A model generated the notes under the pieces. That model was not told the DNA's origin and ran no database searches. It saw only the letters and a list, made by a program, of their open reading frames with translations. This document shows positions 1 through 10,459 of a stretch of DNA of 64,000 nt, piece by piece. A program made the position numbers and the translations under genes. Source of the DNA: Alphaproteobacteria bacterium (GTDB taxonomy: Bacteria > Pseudomonadota > Alphaproteobacteria > JAAXGF01); the NCBI GenBank assembly GCA_963555825.3, contig CAUVXB020000002.1:672001-736000 (forward strand), written 5' to 3'. The stretch's first letter is position 1; every line of letters begins with the position of its first letter.

Positions 1-1159
1 GGGCGCCGATCTTCTGCTCGATCAAGGGCAGGTAATGCAGCGGGTCGAAGATCAGGTCCTCGCTGTCGTAGGACCGGCGGTGCCGGGCGATCACCTCGGC
101 CCCGCAGCTGATCACCACCTCATCGACGTAGCCCCGGATGAGCACCTCACGGTGGCCGTAGGCCACGGGCACGGAATAGTCGTTGCTGCGGTAACGCACC
201 AGCGACAGCGAACTCGCCCGTCCAGGGCGCTTATCGCAGGCATCATAGGGAGCAGGCGGCAATGGCAAGAGAACTTGACGATCCCGCTCGAGACGCTCGC
301 CGATGGTCTCCTTGTGGCCCCGCAGCCGCGCCGCCTGGCGCCGGCGGCACTGTTCGGCGAGAGCATCGTTGAGGGCCGCGAAGCTCTCGGCACGCGGGAC
401 GGGGACCAGGAAGTTCCGCCGGATGAAGCCGACCAGTCCCTCGACCTTGCCCTTGTCGTTGCCCTTGCCCGGCCGGCCGAACCTGTCCTCGAACAGATAG
501 TGGGACTGAAGCTCCGTGAAGACGCGCGTTCGCTGCCGCTTCCCATCGCCCAGGATCCGGGCAACCGCCAGCTTGGTGTTGTCGTACAGGATGGATCGGG
601 GGACGCCGCCGAAGAAGGCAAACGCCGCGTTGTGGCCATCGCAGAATGCTTCGGTCGTCTCCGCCGGATAGGCCGCAACAAAGCAACCATCACTGTGGGG
701 AAGGTCGAAGGCAAGGAAGTGGATCTTCCGTAACGCGCCGCCGATCACCGCCATCGCTTCGCCGAAGTCCGCCTGGGCGTGACCGGGGGAATGGGAGAGT
801 GGCACGAACACCTCACGCGACCGAAGCCCCTGCTCACGAACGTAGTCCTTCACGATGGTGTAGCCGCCCGTGAAACCGTACTCGTCCCGGAGGCGGTCGA
901 AGATGCGCTTCGCAGTGTGCCGTTGCTTGCGGTGGCTGGTCCGATCGTCTTCCAAGATCCGATCGATGATTCCCGTGAACGGACCCAGCTTTGGCCGCCT
1001 CGGCGGCGCGCTTCGGCGATACCCTGGCGGCACCGAGAACGACAGCATCTTACGGACCGTCTTGCGGTCTACACCAAACACCCGCGAGGCCTCGCGGGTG
1101 CTCATCCCCTCGACATGACACGCCCGCCGAACCCGTGCGTACAACTCCACCCGATACAT
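1..1159 (-). CDS. istA: IS21 transposase IstA (partial)
   Basis: MYRVELYARVRR start, N-terminal HTH and DDE core (QADFGEA, YDNTK, KGKVEG). Same as the full copy at 22110-23609. Confidence 0.93.
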   Translation of the reverse strand, partial: MYRVELYARVRRACHVEGMSTREASRVFGVDRKTVRKMLSFSVPPGYRRSAPPRRPKLGPFTGIIDRILEDDRTSHRKQRHTAKRIFDRLRDEYGFTGGYTIVKDYVREQGLRSREVFVPLSHSPGHAQADFGEAMAVIGGALRKIHFLAFDLPHSDGCFVAAYPAETTEAFCDGHNAAFAFFGGVPRSILYDNTKLAVARILGDGKRQRTRVFTELQSHYLFEDRFGRPGKGNDKGKVEGLVGFIRRNFLVPVPRAESFAALNDALAEQCRRRQAARLRGHKETIGERLERDRQVLLPLPPAPYDACDKRPGRASSLSLVRYRSNDYSVPVAYGHREVLIRGYVDEVVISCGAEVIARHRRSYDSEDLIFDPLHYLPLIEQKIGA

Positions 1160-1277
1160 CCCCCCCGCCTTCCAGTCAGAGCAACCCTGACAGAAGGCTA
1201 TACGCGGTCCCATTTTGGTCCGCCGCAGCCGGATCGACCGGCCGCTTCAGTGGGGGATTATTGCTCTGCCGTTCTCA
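1..1277 (-). mobile_element. IS21-family element, copy 1 (cut by window start)
   Basis: Same sequence as 22451-23727. Terminal IR TGAGAACGGCAGAGCAATAATCCCCCAC (minus strand) ends at 1277. Confidence 0.95.
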
Positions 1278-1572
1278 CCTGGGAGAACGGCTACAACGAA
1301 TCATTCAACGGCAAGCTCGGAGACGAGCTGCTCGACGGTGAGATATTCTACTCGCTCAAGGAGGCTCAGGTGTTGATCGAGCGATGGCGGCATCACTACA
1401 ACACGGTCAAGCCGCACAGTGCGCTGGGCTATACACCCCCGGCACCACAGACCATCGTGCCCAAACGGACTGATCCGGCCTTCGCTATTGATGGGCTACA
1501 GCCGGATCAGCCCTTCCCAGAAACCGTGCCAGGACTAACATAGGAACTGGTACATAGAATGGGGGCAGGCCA
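1278..1572 (+). pseudogene. 3' remnant of an IS3-family transposase and its right end, interrupted by IS21
   Basis: PWENGYNESFNGKLGDELL...ERWRHHYNTVKPHSALGY (rve_3 C-terminus), stop at 1543. End GGGGGCAGGCCA at ~1572. Confidence 0.85.
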
Positions 1573-1993
1573 GGAGTACTCCTTGTTCAAGCCCCGTTGC
1601 TGGGTTTTTGGTAGGTACCGTATCGGGCCTGGCGTCCTTGGTCACTGATGGCATTTCGTCGGACAAAGAACGTTACCTCCTCACGAGGAATCGGATTCTG
1701 TACTCTTGCGGGTGACCATCACCGACTGCATTTTGTAGGATCTTACGCGAACACTGCCGCGGCCGACGGTCGTGTCAGACATTTATTGGGGCGCCTTCGA
1801 GGCTGGTATGGATTGTACTTCACCGATCACATACCACGACCGAAGCCCCTGGGTCGCGGCGATCGACGTGCACGTGGCGTAGACCAGCGAAGAACCTACT
1901 TCTTAAGCCATATTCGGGATAGAGCGCTTCGTCGGTGACGTCGATGCGCGCGATCCAATAGCCCTTCATGCCCCGTCCCTCCCGGCTCTGCGG

Positions 1994-2122
1994 TCAGCCC
2001 GCGAATTTTGCCCGCAATACCAAGCAGAGCAGCAGCAAGGCACCAGCGACGAGCAGCCCACCGGCCGCGAGGCCGAGCGACACGCCACGCGAAAATCGTG
2101 ATCCGTCGTCGGGCCCGGTCAT
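1994..2122 (-). CDS. putative 42-aa single-pass membrane peptide
   Basis: MTGPDDGSRFSRGVSLGLAAGGLLVAGALLLLCLVLRAKFAG, 24 bp downstream of sodC on the same strand. Confidence 0.35.
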   Translation of the reverse strand: MTGPDDGSRFSRGVSLGLAAGGLLVAGALLLLCLVLRAKFAG

Positions 2123-2146
2123 TGGTTATTTGGTCGTCTCAGCCGT

Positions 2147-2650
2147 TCAGCGTTCGATGACCCCACAGGCGATGCGCGGCCCCGCGGCGCCGGCCGGGTC
2201 GGACTTGTAGTCGTCGGCGCCGGCGTGCATGACGATGGCCGCGCCGTCGGCGTCGAACAGCGCGTCGTCGAGCGCCAGCCTCTTGTTCAGAACCTCGATT
2301 GTCAGCGTGCCGTTAGCATGGACGTGAACGTTCGGCATGTCGCCAGCATGCATGCCGCCCTTGCGGGTGATGCCGTGCTTCTTGCCCTTCGGGTTGAAGT
2401 GCCCGCCGGCCGACTTGAAGGGTGCGTCGCATTTGCCGACGGCGTGGACGTGAAACGCGTGCGCGCCGGGCGCCAGGTTCCACAAACTGGCCGATAGCAG
2501 CACGCCATTCGGCGTCTGCTTCAGGCCGACCAAACCGACGCTCTGGCCGTCGGCGTTCATCAGACTGGCGCTAGCGGTTTGCGCCTGGGCCGCGCCGGTG
2601 GTTAAGAAGATCGCAACCATGGCGGATGCGATCGCGATCGGAAGCCTCAT
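2147..2650 (-). CDS. sodC: Cu/Zn superoxide dismutase, periplasmic
   Basis: Signal peptide, HAFHVH, SAGGHFNP, HAGDMPN and GPRIACGVI motifs. RBS GGAGGT upstream. Confidence 0.95.
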   Translation of the reverse strand: MRLPIAIASAMVAIFLTTGAAQAQTASASLMNADGQSVGLVGLKQTPNGVLLSASLWNLAPGAHAFHVHAVGKCDAPFKSAGGHFNPKGKKHGITRKGGMHAGDMPNVHVHANGTLTIEVLNKRLALDDALFDADGAAIVMHAGADDYKSDPAGAAGPRIACGVIER

Positions 2651-2677
2651 TGGTCACCTCCCTCGGGGATCATTAAT

Positions 2678-4319
2678 CCGACATTCCCCAGATGATATCC
2701 AAATTCGCGGAAATCGTACCACGGCCCCATCTCCAAGGGAACTCTGTTCCCATTGCAGCCATCCGATGACATGATTTTGGTAATCGGCCAGCGCGTGGAA
2801 GGCCATTTGGTCGTTTCTCTTGCCATCCAGACACACCTCTCGTGTCGCAATCTCCTTGCCGTCGATTCCCTCGGCCTACGCCGGAGCGGGTCTTCGTCGT
2901 AGATCATCAATCAGGCTCAAGATTTTCTGGAACAAGCTTCTGGTGACTGCAACCTCGGCCAATTGAAATGTGACGTACCGGCCATGGCTGACAACTTTCG
3001 CACCGATCTTGACCAGCTTCTCCCTCAGCGTCGTCAGCGACCATTGCTCCACGGCATCGGGCAACGCCAGGGTACGCATGAAGTTGCCGAGGTTATAGGC
3101 GAGTGCATGCAGCTGGAGCCGGACGGCATTGTTGCGTAACGAACGGCATGACAGCCGCGTCCACTTGATGGCGTTCTTGCCTTCCTTGATCCATTGCTCG
3201 GCAGTGCCGCGCTGATTGTAGAACGCAACAACCCGCTCGGCAGGACGGCTCAGGTTGGTGACGATGAAGCCGACGCGGGGATACAGTTCCCCTGAGTGCC
3301 ACTCCACCTTGGCGACGACCCGGCGGGGCTCCGTCCAGCTACCGGCCCGATAGCTGAAGTTCGCGTAATACCGACGAACTTCCTTCGGCGGCCGACCGAC
3401 GGGGCGCTTGAGCAGGTGCGCGATGCTGTCGTGCAGCACCTTGTTGGCCGGAAGCCGGATGGCGTACTTGAAGCCTTCCGCTTCCAGAAACTCATAAACC
3501 TCGGGCGAGGCGAAGGCGGCGTCACCACGGAAATAACGCCGGAGTGTCTTGTTCCGGTATCGAGCGACCACCGGGTCCAACACATCGCGCCATTCATGGG
3601 CGCTGTGCACGTTGCCCGGACGCAGGGCGCAACGCTCCAGATCGCCGAACTGGTTGAACACGAACAGCGGGTGATAGCACGTGCAGCCGAAGTGACCGTT
3701 GTAGGCCGTGCCCTCCTGGTCACCGTAGGTCGGGCTGACGGAGCTGTCCATGTCGAGCACGATAATCTTCGGCGGCTTGCGCTCGTTAACCTGGTCGATC
3801 CAGATGCCCAAAAGGTCAGCGAGCGCGGCGAGGTTGTCATTGGTGGCGAGTAACTCCGTCTCGAACCGGCCCATCTGGCTGGTCGATGCGCCGCCGCGCT
3901 CGACAGCCCTGCCGCCGACGATCCACCGCATCGCAGGATCGCGCCCCAGCCGGTCGGCGTCGTTCACGTCCTCGTACCCGGCGAGACGACCATAGACGGA
4001 TTGGCGAAGGAGACCGATGATGCCGTGCCAACCGTTCTTGCCGGTCCGGCTGTCAGCAATAACGTCACCGGCCAGCGTGGTCAGGCCGAGGGCTTCGTCC
4101 AGTTCACGATAGGCGAGCAGACCAGCGTCTGACGTGATCCGCGAACCGTGGAACTCGAACTTCAGTCTTCGGTCGAAAAACGCCCGCAGAAGCCCCCGAT
4201 CCGACTCACCCTCCAGGTTCCGCATTCGACCCACCCTCCGTCTGATCTAATCCACTGATTCTTATACAGGAATCAGACGGAAACCGCATCAGATGGATCG
4301 GTCACTTGGGGAATGCGGG
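2678..4319 (-). mobile_element. IS1380-family element, copy 1
   Basis: Ends CCGACATTCCCCA... and ...TGGGGAATGCGGG flank the transposase. Confidence 0.9.
2876..4225 (-). CDS. IS1380-family transposase
   Basis: TSDAGLL, LDMDSS, YHPL, RGDAAF and YNQRGTAEQWIKEGK motifs. Confidence 0.93.
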   Translation of the reverse strand: MRNLEGESDRGLLRAFFDRRLKFEFHGSRITSDAGLLAYRELDEALGLTTLAGDVIADSRTGKNGWHGIIGLLRQSVYGRLAGYEDVNDADRLGRDPAMRWIVGGRAVERGGASTSQMGRFETELLATNDNLAALADLLGIWIDQVNERKPPKIIVLDMDSSVSPTYGDQEGTAYNGHFGCTCYHPLFVFNQFGDLERCALRPGNVHSAHEWRDVLDPVVARYRNKTLRRYFRGDAAFASPEVYEFLEAEGFKYAIRLPANKVLHDSIAHLLKRPVGRPPKEVRRYYANFSYRAGSWTEPRRVVAKVEWHSGELYPRVGFIVTNLSRPAERVVAFYNQRGTAEQWIKEGKNAIKWTRLSCRSLRNNAVRLQLHALAYNLGNFMRTLALPDAVEQWSLTTLREKLVKIGAKVVSHGRYVTFQLAEVAVTRSLFQKILSLIDDLRRRPAPA

Positions 4320-4990
4320 TTCAATGGCTTGGGTGCTGCGGCAAGCCATCGATCGGTATCTGGAAGGCGTAGATCAGCCCATAGGAGATGCAAGAGCGGT
4401 GCGCCAGCCACGGATGGATGAGGCCGCACCAGGAGGTGGTCCGGCCCGTCGTGGCCACAGGCGATAACAGCAGGCGGACGAGGAGTGCTAACAGAAGCGG
4501 ATACCTGCCGCAAATTCGCCGCGACGCCGTTGTAGCAGGCCGGATGGGACAACCTGCCGCATGCTATCGAATAACGGCGCACATTCACCGATGGCCGGTT
4601 CCTGTTCGATGGCGGCAGGGCGAAGCGGGGTAGGCAGAATCGGACGGACTACATTTTCCATTGTCGGCCCGACTACCTCTTCGCCGCCGTCGAGGTGAAG
4701 GCTCACTACAAGCAGGCGTCTGAGACGCAGGCGGGCGCGCCGCTTGGCCGACCGGAGCGGGTGCGCATGCGAAACCTTCGCCCCATTCCAGTCCGAGCCG
4801 ATTGCGGATAATGCCATGCTAAAATCAGCGTCTCTCGTCGCTCTCATGGTGAAGAAGGCGTGCTATTTTTCAGGAGGTCGACGAGATAGCAGCGGATTTT
4901 GCCAAGCGCGGGGCTGCTACATGCCCATGCTTCGTCCCTGGGATCTTTTGTGGATCTGGCGCTCTTCTTCCTCGGCCGTTTCGTTCTTAT

Positions 4991-6632
4991 CCCGCATTGC
5001 CCAGATGACCTTGTGATTTGACGACAGCGCACCCGGATTCTGGTATAAGAATCAGTACGTTATAGGCGGATTTGGGGCGTTGATATGGCACACCCGATGG
5101 GTGAATCGAAAGACGGGGTTCTGAGGCTCTATTTTGACCGTCGATTGAAGCTTGAGTTCCACGGTTCCAAGGTCACTTCCGACGCTGGGTTGTTGCCGTA
5201 CCGGGAACTGGACGATGCGGTCGGACTGAGCGAGATTGCCGGGGACGTACTCACGGACACCCGCCGTGGGAAGAACGGTCGTCACGGTCTTGTCGGGCAG
5301 TTCCGTCAGTCCGTTTTCGGACGCCTTGGCGGATACGACGACGTGAACGATGCCGACCGGCTCAGCCTCGACCCGGTCATGCGGTGGATCGTCGGCGACC
5401 ATGCTGTCACCAAACAGGCTGCTTCGACCAGTCAGATGGGGCGCTTTGAGACGGAGGTTCTGGCAACCGAGGAAAACCTCGCCGCGCTTGCCGATCTTTC
5501 CGGCGCTTGGATCGACCGTATGCATGACCGCCACCCGCCGACGAAGATCATTCTCGACATGGACAGCAGCGTCAGCCCGACCCATGGCGAACAAGAGGGA
5601 ACAGCGTACAATGGTCACTTCGGCTGCACCTGCTATCACCCCCTTTTTCTCTTTAACCAGTTCGGCGACCTTGAACGGTGTTCCCTGCGTCCCGGCAACG
5701 TTCACAGCGCCGATGATTGGGAAGGCGTGTTGAAGCCGGTTGTCTTTTGCTACAAGGGGCGGAAGGTACGGCTCTATTTCCGAGGTGACGCTGCCTTCGC
5801 CTCGCCGAAGATTTACGATTACCTCGAAGCCGAGGGTTTCCTGTACGCGATCCGGTTGTCGACCAACCAGGTTCTGCAGGAAAGCATCGCACATCTTCTC
5901 ACACGACCCGTCGGCCGTCCGCCGAACCATGTGCGGCGCTATTACGCCAGCTTAAGCTATCAGGGTGGAAGTTGGGACAGAAAGCGGCGCGTGGTGGCCA
6001 AGGTGGAATGGCACCCCGGCGAGTTGTACCCCCGCGTCGGCTTCATCGTCACCAACCTGTCGCGGCCCGCCGAACGGGTGGTGGCCTTCTACAATCAACG
6101 AGGCAAGGCGGAGCAATACATCAAGGAAGGCAAGAACGCGATCAAATGGACGCGGCTGTCATGCAGCAAGTTCCGCGACAACGCCGTTCGGCTGCAGCTT
6201 CACGCCCTGGCCTACAATCTCGCCAACTTCATGCGGACGCTAGCTTTGCCAAAGGAGGTAGAGCATTGGTCGCTTACGACGCTGCGGGAGAAGTTGGTGA
6301 AGATCGGGGCCAAAGTTGTCCGCCATGGCCGGTACGTCACATTTCAATTGGCCGAGGTTGCCGTCCCAAGAAGCTTGTTCCAGAAAATCTTGAGCCTGAT
6401 TGATGATCTACGACGAAGACCCGTTCCGGCGTAGGCCGAGGGAATCGACGGCGAGGAGATTGCGACACGAGAGGTGTGTCTGGATGGCAAGAGAAACGAC
6501 CAAATGGCCTTCCACGCGCTGGCCGATTACCAAAATCATGTCATCGGATGGCTGCAAAGGGAATAGAATTCCCTTGGAGATCGGGCCATGGTACCATTTC
6601 CACGAATTTGGATGTCATCTGGGGAATGTCGG
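4991..6632 (+). mobile_element. IS1380-family element, copy 2
   Basis: Left end CCCGCATTGCCCAGATGAC at 4991, right end ...GGGGAATGTCGG at 6632. Confidence 0.9.
5085..6434 (+). CDS. IS1380-family transposase
   Basis: Same motifs as copy 1, intact 449-aa ORF. Confidence 0.93.
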   Translation: MAHPMGESKDGVLRLYFDRRLKLEFHGSKVTSDAGLLPYRELDDAVGLSEIAGDVLTDTRRGKNGRHGLVGQFRQSVFGRLGGYDDVNDADRLSLDPVMRWIVGDHAVTKQAASTSQMGRFETEVLATEENLAALADLSGAWIDRMHDRHPPTKIILDMDSSVSPTHGEQEGTAYNGHFGCTCYHPLFLFNQFGDLERCSLRPGNVHSADDWEGVLKPVVFCYKGRKVRLYFRGDAAFASPKIYDYLEAEGFLYAIRLSTNQVLQESIAHLLTRPVGRPPNHVRRYYASLSYQGGSWDRKRRVVAKVEWHPGELYPRVGFIVTNLSRPAERVVAFYNQRGKAEQYIKEGKNAIKWTRLSCSKFRDNAVRLQLHALAYNLANFMRTLALPKEVEHWSLTTLREKLVKIGAKVVRHGRYVTFQLAEVAVPRSLFQKILSLIDDLRRRPVPA

Positions 6633-6642
6633 CCTAAACGCC

Positions 6643-7587
6643 ATGGTTAAATCTTCAATCACCGAGCGAGTAAAGAGGCGCATCCAAGCAACGCTTGTCA
6701 AATCTGTTAGTGGGGCGAAATTGTACCTTCCTACGGGGGAGACTATTGATGATGTTCTAAATTATATTCACGCATGGTTTAGGTTGGGGTATGCGCCGCA
6801 CGTTCGCTCTCCACTGTCATTCAATGACTATATTCAATCCAGCAAGAAGCGCTTTTACGGCGATGTTGATCTTGCCAGGAGGGTGACGGATAAATTTCTA
6901 TTCAAGGAATGGCTGAGGGAGAAAGGATGTGAGAATCTTGTGGTGCCCACCCTCGCCGTTTACGACGATGTGAATGAGGTGAGAAACCATGTCTTTGACA
7001 GGCATACGATTCTCAAACCAACGCACCTGAGCGGCGCAGTGATTCCCTTCTATGAATCCAGAAAACTGACGGTGAAGGAAATATCAAAATTAGAGAAATG
7101 GATGGATACTGACTATTACAGAAAAAGCCGAGAGAAGACCTATAAGGGCGTGCGCAAGCGACTTATATGCGAACTCCTTTTGCTCGATTCGACGAATACT
7201 ATACCTATGGATTACAAATTTTTCATGTGTATGGGTCGTCCCTTAATGATTCAAGTAGATAACGACCGGTTTGCAAATCACACGAGGCAGTTATATTCAG
7301 AAAATTGGAAATTATTGGACTTCGGTTTGAAGTTTCCACGGAACTCCGTTCCCATCGACAGGCCGGACACCCTTGACGCAGCCCTTGATATTGCGGCGAC
7401 TCTCGCGGAGGACTTTCCTCTTTGTCGCGTGGATTTATACTTGCTGCCGGACGCTGTGATAAAGGCTGGAGAGATTACGTTTTTCCCCGGAGGCGGCGGT
7501 GAAGAATTTTCGCCAGTATCGGCGGATTTTGAAATTGGGCACAAGATAAAGAACATGCTCAGAAGCTTTGGAGAACTGAAGGCATGA
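6643..7587 (+). CDS. TupA-like ATP-grasp fold amidoligase
   Basis: TDKFLFKEW, ILKPTHLSG, PMDYKFF, IQVDNDRF, CRVDLY and GEITFFPGGG motifs. ATG at 6643; the longer listed ORF starts inside the IS. Visibly lower GC. Confidence 0.85.
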   Translation: MVKSSITERVKRRIQATLVKSVSGAKLYLPTGETIDDVLNYIHAWFRLGYAPHVRSPLSFNDYIQSSKKRFYGDVDLARRVTDKFLFKEWLREKGCENLVVPTLAVYDDVNEVRNHVFDRHTILKPTHLSGAVIPFYESRKLTVKEISKLEKWMDTDYYRKSREKTYKGVRKRLICELLLLDSTNTIPMDYKFFMCMGRPLMIQVDNDRFANHTRQLYSENWKLLDFGLKFPRNSVPIDRPDTLDAALDIAATLAEDFPLCRVDLYLLPDAVIKAGEITFFPGGGGEEFSPVSADFEIGHKIKNMLRSFGELKA

Positions 7588-7702
7588 AATTACACTGAAA
7601 GGATTGAGAAGTGCTGTCTCTTCGTTTGAGGTTGAAAAGGAAATTGTTTCGTTCCCGCAACTGTGAGTCACGCTGGAGTAATTCAGAGCATATCTTGCGA
7701 CG

Positions 7703-9445
7703 ATGGTATCATCAAGAGGCATCGATCCCACAATGATTATCGGCAAGAGTGCGGTGGAGTCAGCCCGGCTGTTCCGCTATTTCGTTGCGGCCTACCCCGC
7801 GCGCAGTGCACTAATTCTGCTGGCGCTGACTGCGGCGGCCCTGGCGGAGGGGGTGGGAATCGCAGCGGTGCTGCCGTTGCTCAGCTTGGTGATCGACGCC
7901 GAAGGCGGCGGTGGCATCCTGATGGCATACGTGGCAAAGGTCTTCGCTCTGGTCGGGCTGGAGCTTTCCCTCGGCGGGTTGGTGCTCCTGATTGTCGTGG
8001 CGCTCACACTGAAGTCGTCGCTGATGCTGCTGGCGGCTACGCAGGTGGGGTACTCGGCCGCCCATGTGGCGATGGAGCTGCGTGTCGAGTGCGTTCGTAC
8101 GCTTCTGCAGGCGCGCTGGATGCACTTCGTAGATCAAAGGTCCGGCGAACTGGCGAGTGTGGTCAGCGTCGAGCCGACGCGTGCTGCCACTGCCTATGTC
8201 GCTTCGTGCCGCGTTCTTGCCGGGGCAATCCAACTTCTGATCTACCTCGCGCTATCGATCGCAATTTCCTGGGAGATATTGGTGGTCGCAGTGGTCGTCG
8301 GCTCACTGAGCATGATTGCGTTGAACCGTCTCGTCGGAATCAGCCGCCGCGGCGGGCAGAATCTCACCAAACTTCAAAAGTCCTTTATGACCCGCCTCCT
8401 GCAAGCGATCGACGGCATGAAGCCGCTGAAGGCAATGGCGTTGGAGGCAAGCACAAGGCCCCTCATCGAGGGCGATATTCGCGGGCTCAACAAGGCCTTG
8501 CAGGCGATCGTCGTCAGCCGGGAGGGGCTGATCGAGTCTCACGAAATCATTCGTGCCTTCGCCGTGGCGGGGGGGCTCTATGTCTTCGTGACGATATGGG
8601 GCCAGCCGGTCGAAGGCTTGTTGGTCCTTGCGTTGCTCTTCGTGCGTATTCTGCAGAAGGTGAGTCGACTACAGAGCTCCTATCAGGAGGTTGTGACCAA
8701 CCTACCGGCGTTCGGCTTCGTGAGAGCCACGATCGCGACGGCCGAACGCGCCAGGGAACGCATCTTCGGTGGTACCGTACCCCGCTTGAGCTCGGCGATC
8801 ACGCTCCGCGACGTGAGTTTCTCCTACGGCCGCGGGGATGTTCTCGACGGCGTCTCGATGACTCTACCCGCCGGTGCATTCACTGCGATCGTCGGCTCCT
8901 CGGGCGCCGGCAAGACGACGGTCGCTGACCTGATCATCGGGCTGCTGCGGCCCCAGCACGGCGAGGTATGGATTGACGAGTTGCCCATGCGCGACATCGA
9001 CGTGCACGCATGGCGCGGCATGATCGGATATGTGCCGCAGGAGACATTCCTCTTCCACGACACGGTGATGGCCAACGTTGCGCTCGGTGAGCCCGGCATT
9101 TCCCGTGCCGATGTGGAGACGGCGCTGCGGCGCTCCGAAGCCTGGACCTTCGTCGCCGCGCTGCCGGAGGGCATGGACACGGTGGTCGGCGAGCGGGGTG
9201 CCCGGCTTTCCGGTGGTCAACGACAGCGCATCGCCATCGCACGGGCGTTGGTCCGCGACCCGGCGCTGATCATTCTGGACGAGGCCACGACCGCGCTGGA
9301 CCCGGAGACGGAAGAAGGTATAGTGGCCACCGTCCGGCGGCTGGCCGGCAATGTCACGGTGCTCTCAATCTCGCACCAGCCGGCCATGCGGAATGCGGCC
9401 ACGATCGTCTATTCGGTGGGCAACGGCGCCGTCACACGCGAGTGA
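7703..9445 (+). CDS. ABC exporter, fused permease/ATPase (MsbA/PglK-like flippase)
   Basis: N-terminal TM helices, Walker A GSSGAGKT, LSGGQRQR signature, ILDEATTALD. Confidence 0.93.
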   Translation: MVSSRGIDPTMIIGKSAVESARLFRYFVAAYPARSALILLALTAAALAEGVGIAAVLPLLSLVIDAEGGGGILMAYVAKVFALVGLELSLGGLVLLIVVALTLKSSLMLLAATQVGYSAAHVAMELRVECVRTLLQARWMHFVDQRSGELASVVSVEPTRAATAYVASCRVLAGAIQLLIYLALSIAISWEILVVAVVVGSLSMIALNRLVGISRRGGQNLTKLQKSFMTRLLQAIDGMKPLKAMALEASTRPLIEGDIRGLNKALQAIVVSREGLIESHEIIRAFAVAGGLYVFVTIWGQPVEGLLVLALLFVRILQKVSRLQSSYQEVVTNLPAFGFVRATIATAERARERIFGGTVPRLSSAITLRDVSFSYGRGDVLDGVSMTLPAGAFTAIVGSSGAGKTTVADLIIGLLRPQHGEVWIDELPMRDIDVHAWRGMIGYVPQETFLFHDTVMANVALGEPGISRADVETALRRSEAWTFVAALPEGMDTVVGERGARLSGGQRQRIAIARALVRDPALIILDEATTALDPETEEGIVATVRRLAGNVTVLSISHQPAMRNAATIVYSVGNGAVTRE

Positions 9446-10392
9446 TGCGACAAGCGAACGAGCGCGCGCTGCCCATGGCACCGACCGTCTCCATCGTCAC
9501 GCCCACATACAATCGTGCCCACCTGTTGCCGCGGGCGTGGGCAAGCATTGCCCGGCAGACGGAGACGCGTCTTGAGTGGATCGTCGTCGATGACGGCTCG
9601 ACTGACAACACGCGACAGGTGGTCCTCGCGTTCAACGACCCCCGCATCCATTACATATACCAGCACAATCAAGGCGAGAACGAAGCACGCAACCGCGGCG
9701 GCTTGGAAGTTCGCGGCGACTACGTCGTCTATCTCGACAGTGACGACGAAGTGCTAAACGAGACAACCCTGGCCGAGATGCTGTCGGAAATCCGCGCCAC
9801 GCGTCCCGAGATCGCCTGGGTCGCGTTTACGGTCGTGGATCAAGAGGGTCGCACCGACCTTTCCCACGTGTCTGCGAATCGGATTGAAGCCAACTACATC
9901 GATACCGTGTGCGGGAACGTCTTTCGCGGGGATTTTTTTCGGATTTACAAGAAGGACGTGGTGCAGATGGCGCCTTGGCCCCCATACAGAGGACTGGAGG
10001 GCTTGCGCCATTGGCGCCTCGCCCGTCAACGGCCGGGTCTGGTGGTCAACCGGCCGGCCTACATCTACTATAGGGACGTCGACGACCAACTGACGGGCGC
10101 CGCTTCCGCCATCAGGCGCGCCGGCGACATGGCCGCCGCCATCGGCGAGCTTATCGTTGATCACAAGGTTGCTTGGGAGCAGCATTGTCCCTGCCAATTG
10201 GGCAAGTACCACTTTTATCGTGCGATGTATCTGGCCCTTTCGGGGAGTTCTGCTCGTGCCGTCCCCGATCTCCTCGTCGCATTCCGGTACGGTTCTGCAC
10301 GCATCGTCGCCAAGTGCCTGTTGTTGCTCGGTGCTCTCGTCGTTCCCATGAAGATCCGTCGGTGGCTCTTCGTGGCAAGATCGCGCCTGTAG
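9442..10392 (+). CDS. glycosyltransferase family 2
   Basis: VSIVTPTYNRAHLL, IVVDDGSTD, ARNRG and YLDSDD motifs. Overlaps the ABC stop codon. Confidence 0.92.
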   Translation: MMRQANERALPMAPTVSIVTPTYNRAHLLPRAWASIARQTETRLEWIVVDDGSTDNTRQVVLAFNDPRIHYIYQHNQGENEARNRGGLEVRGDYVVYLDSDDEVLNETTLAEMLSEIRATRPEIAWVAFTVVDQEGRTDLSHVSANRIEANYIDTVCGNVFRGDFFRIYKKDVVQMAPWPPYRGLEGLRHWRLARQRPGLVVNRPAYIYYRDVDDQLTGAASAIRRAGDMAAAIGELIVDHKVAWEQHCPCQLGKYHFYRAMYLALSGSSARAVPDLLVAFRYGSARIVAKCLLLLGALVVPMKIRRWLFVARSRL

Positions 10393-10459
10393 CGGTTCGG
10401 CGTGGCGTTCGTGCCGGTGTCACGCTGTCTCGGAGGGCACCTCAATCGGTGAGCACTAC

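Noticed and set aside
779-1543. 254-aa plus-strand ORF
   Set aside because: Chimera of antisense istA and the IS3 3' remnant, not a real gene.
4320-4990. Cargo gene between the two IS1380 copies
   Set aside because: Only short ORFs without recognisable motifs, so no call can be supported.
6400-6642. N-terminal extension of the 395-aa ATP-grasp ORF
   Set aside because: It lies inside IS1380. The same peptide appears at the other copies (2647-2910, 29357-29593).
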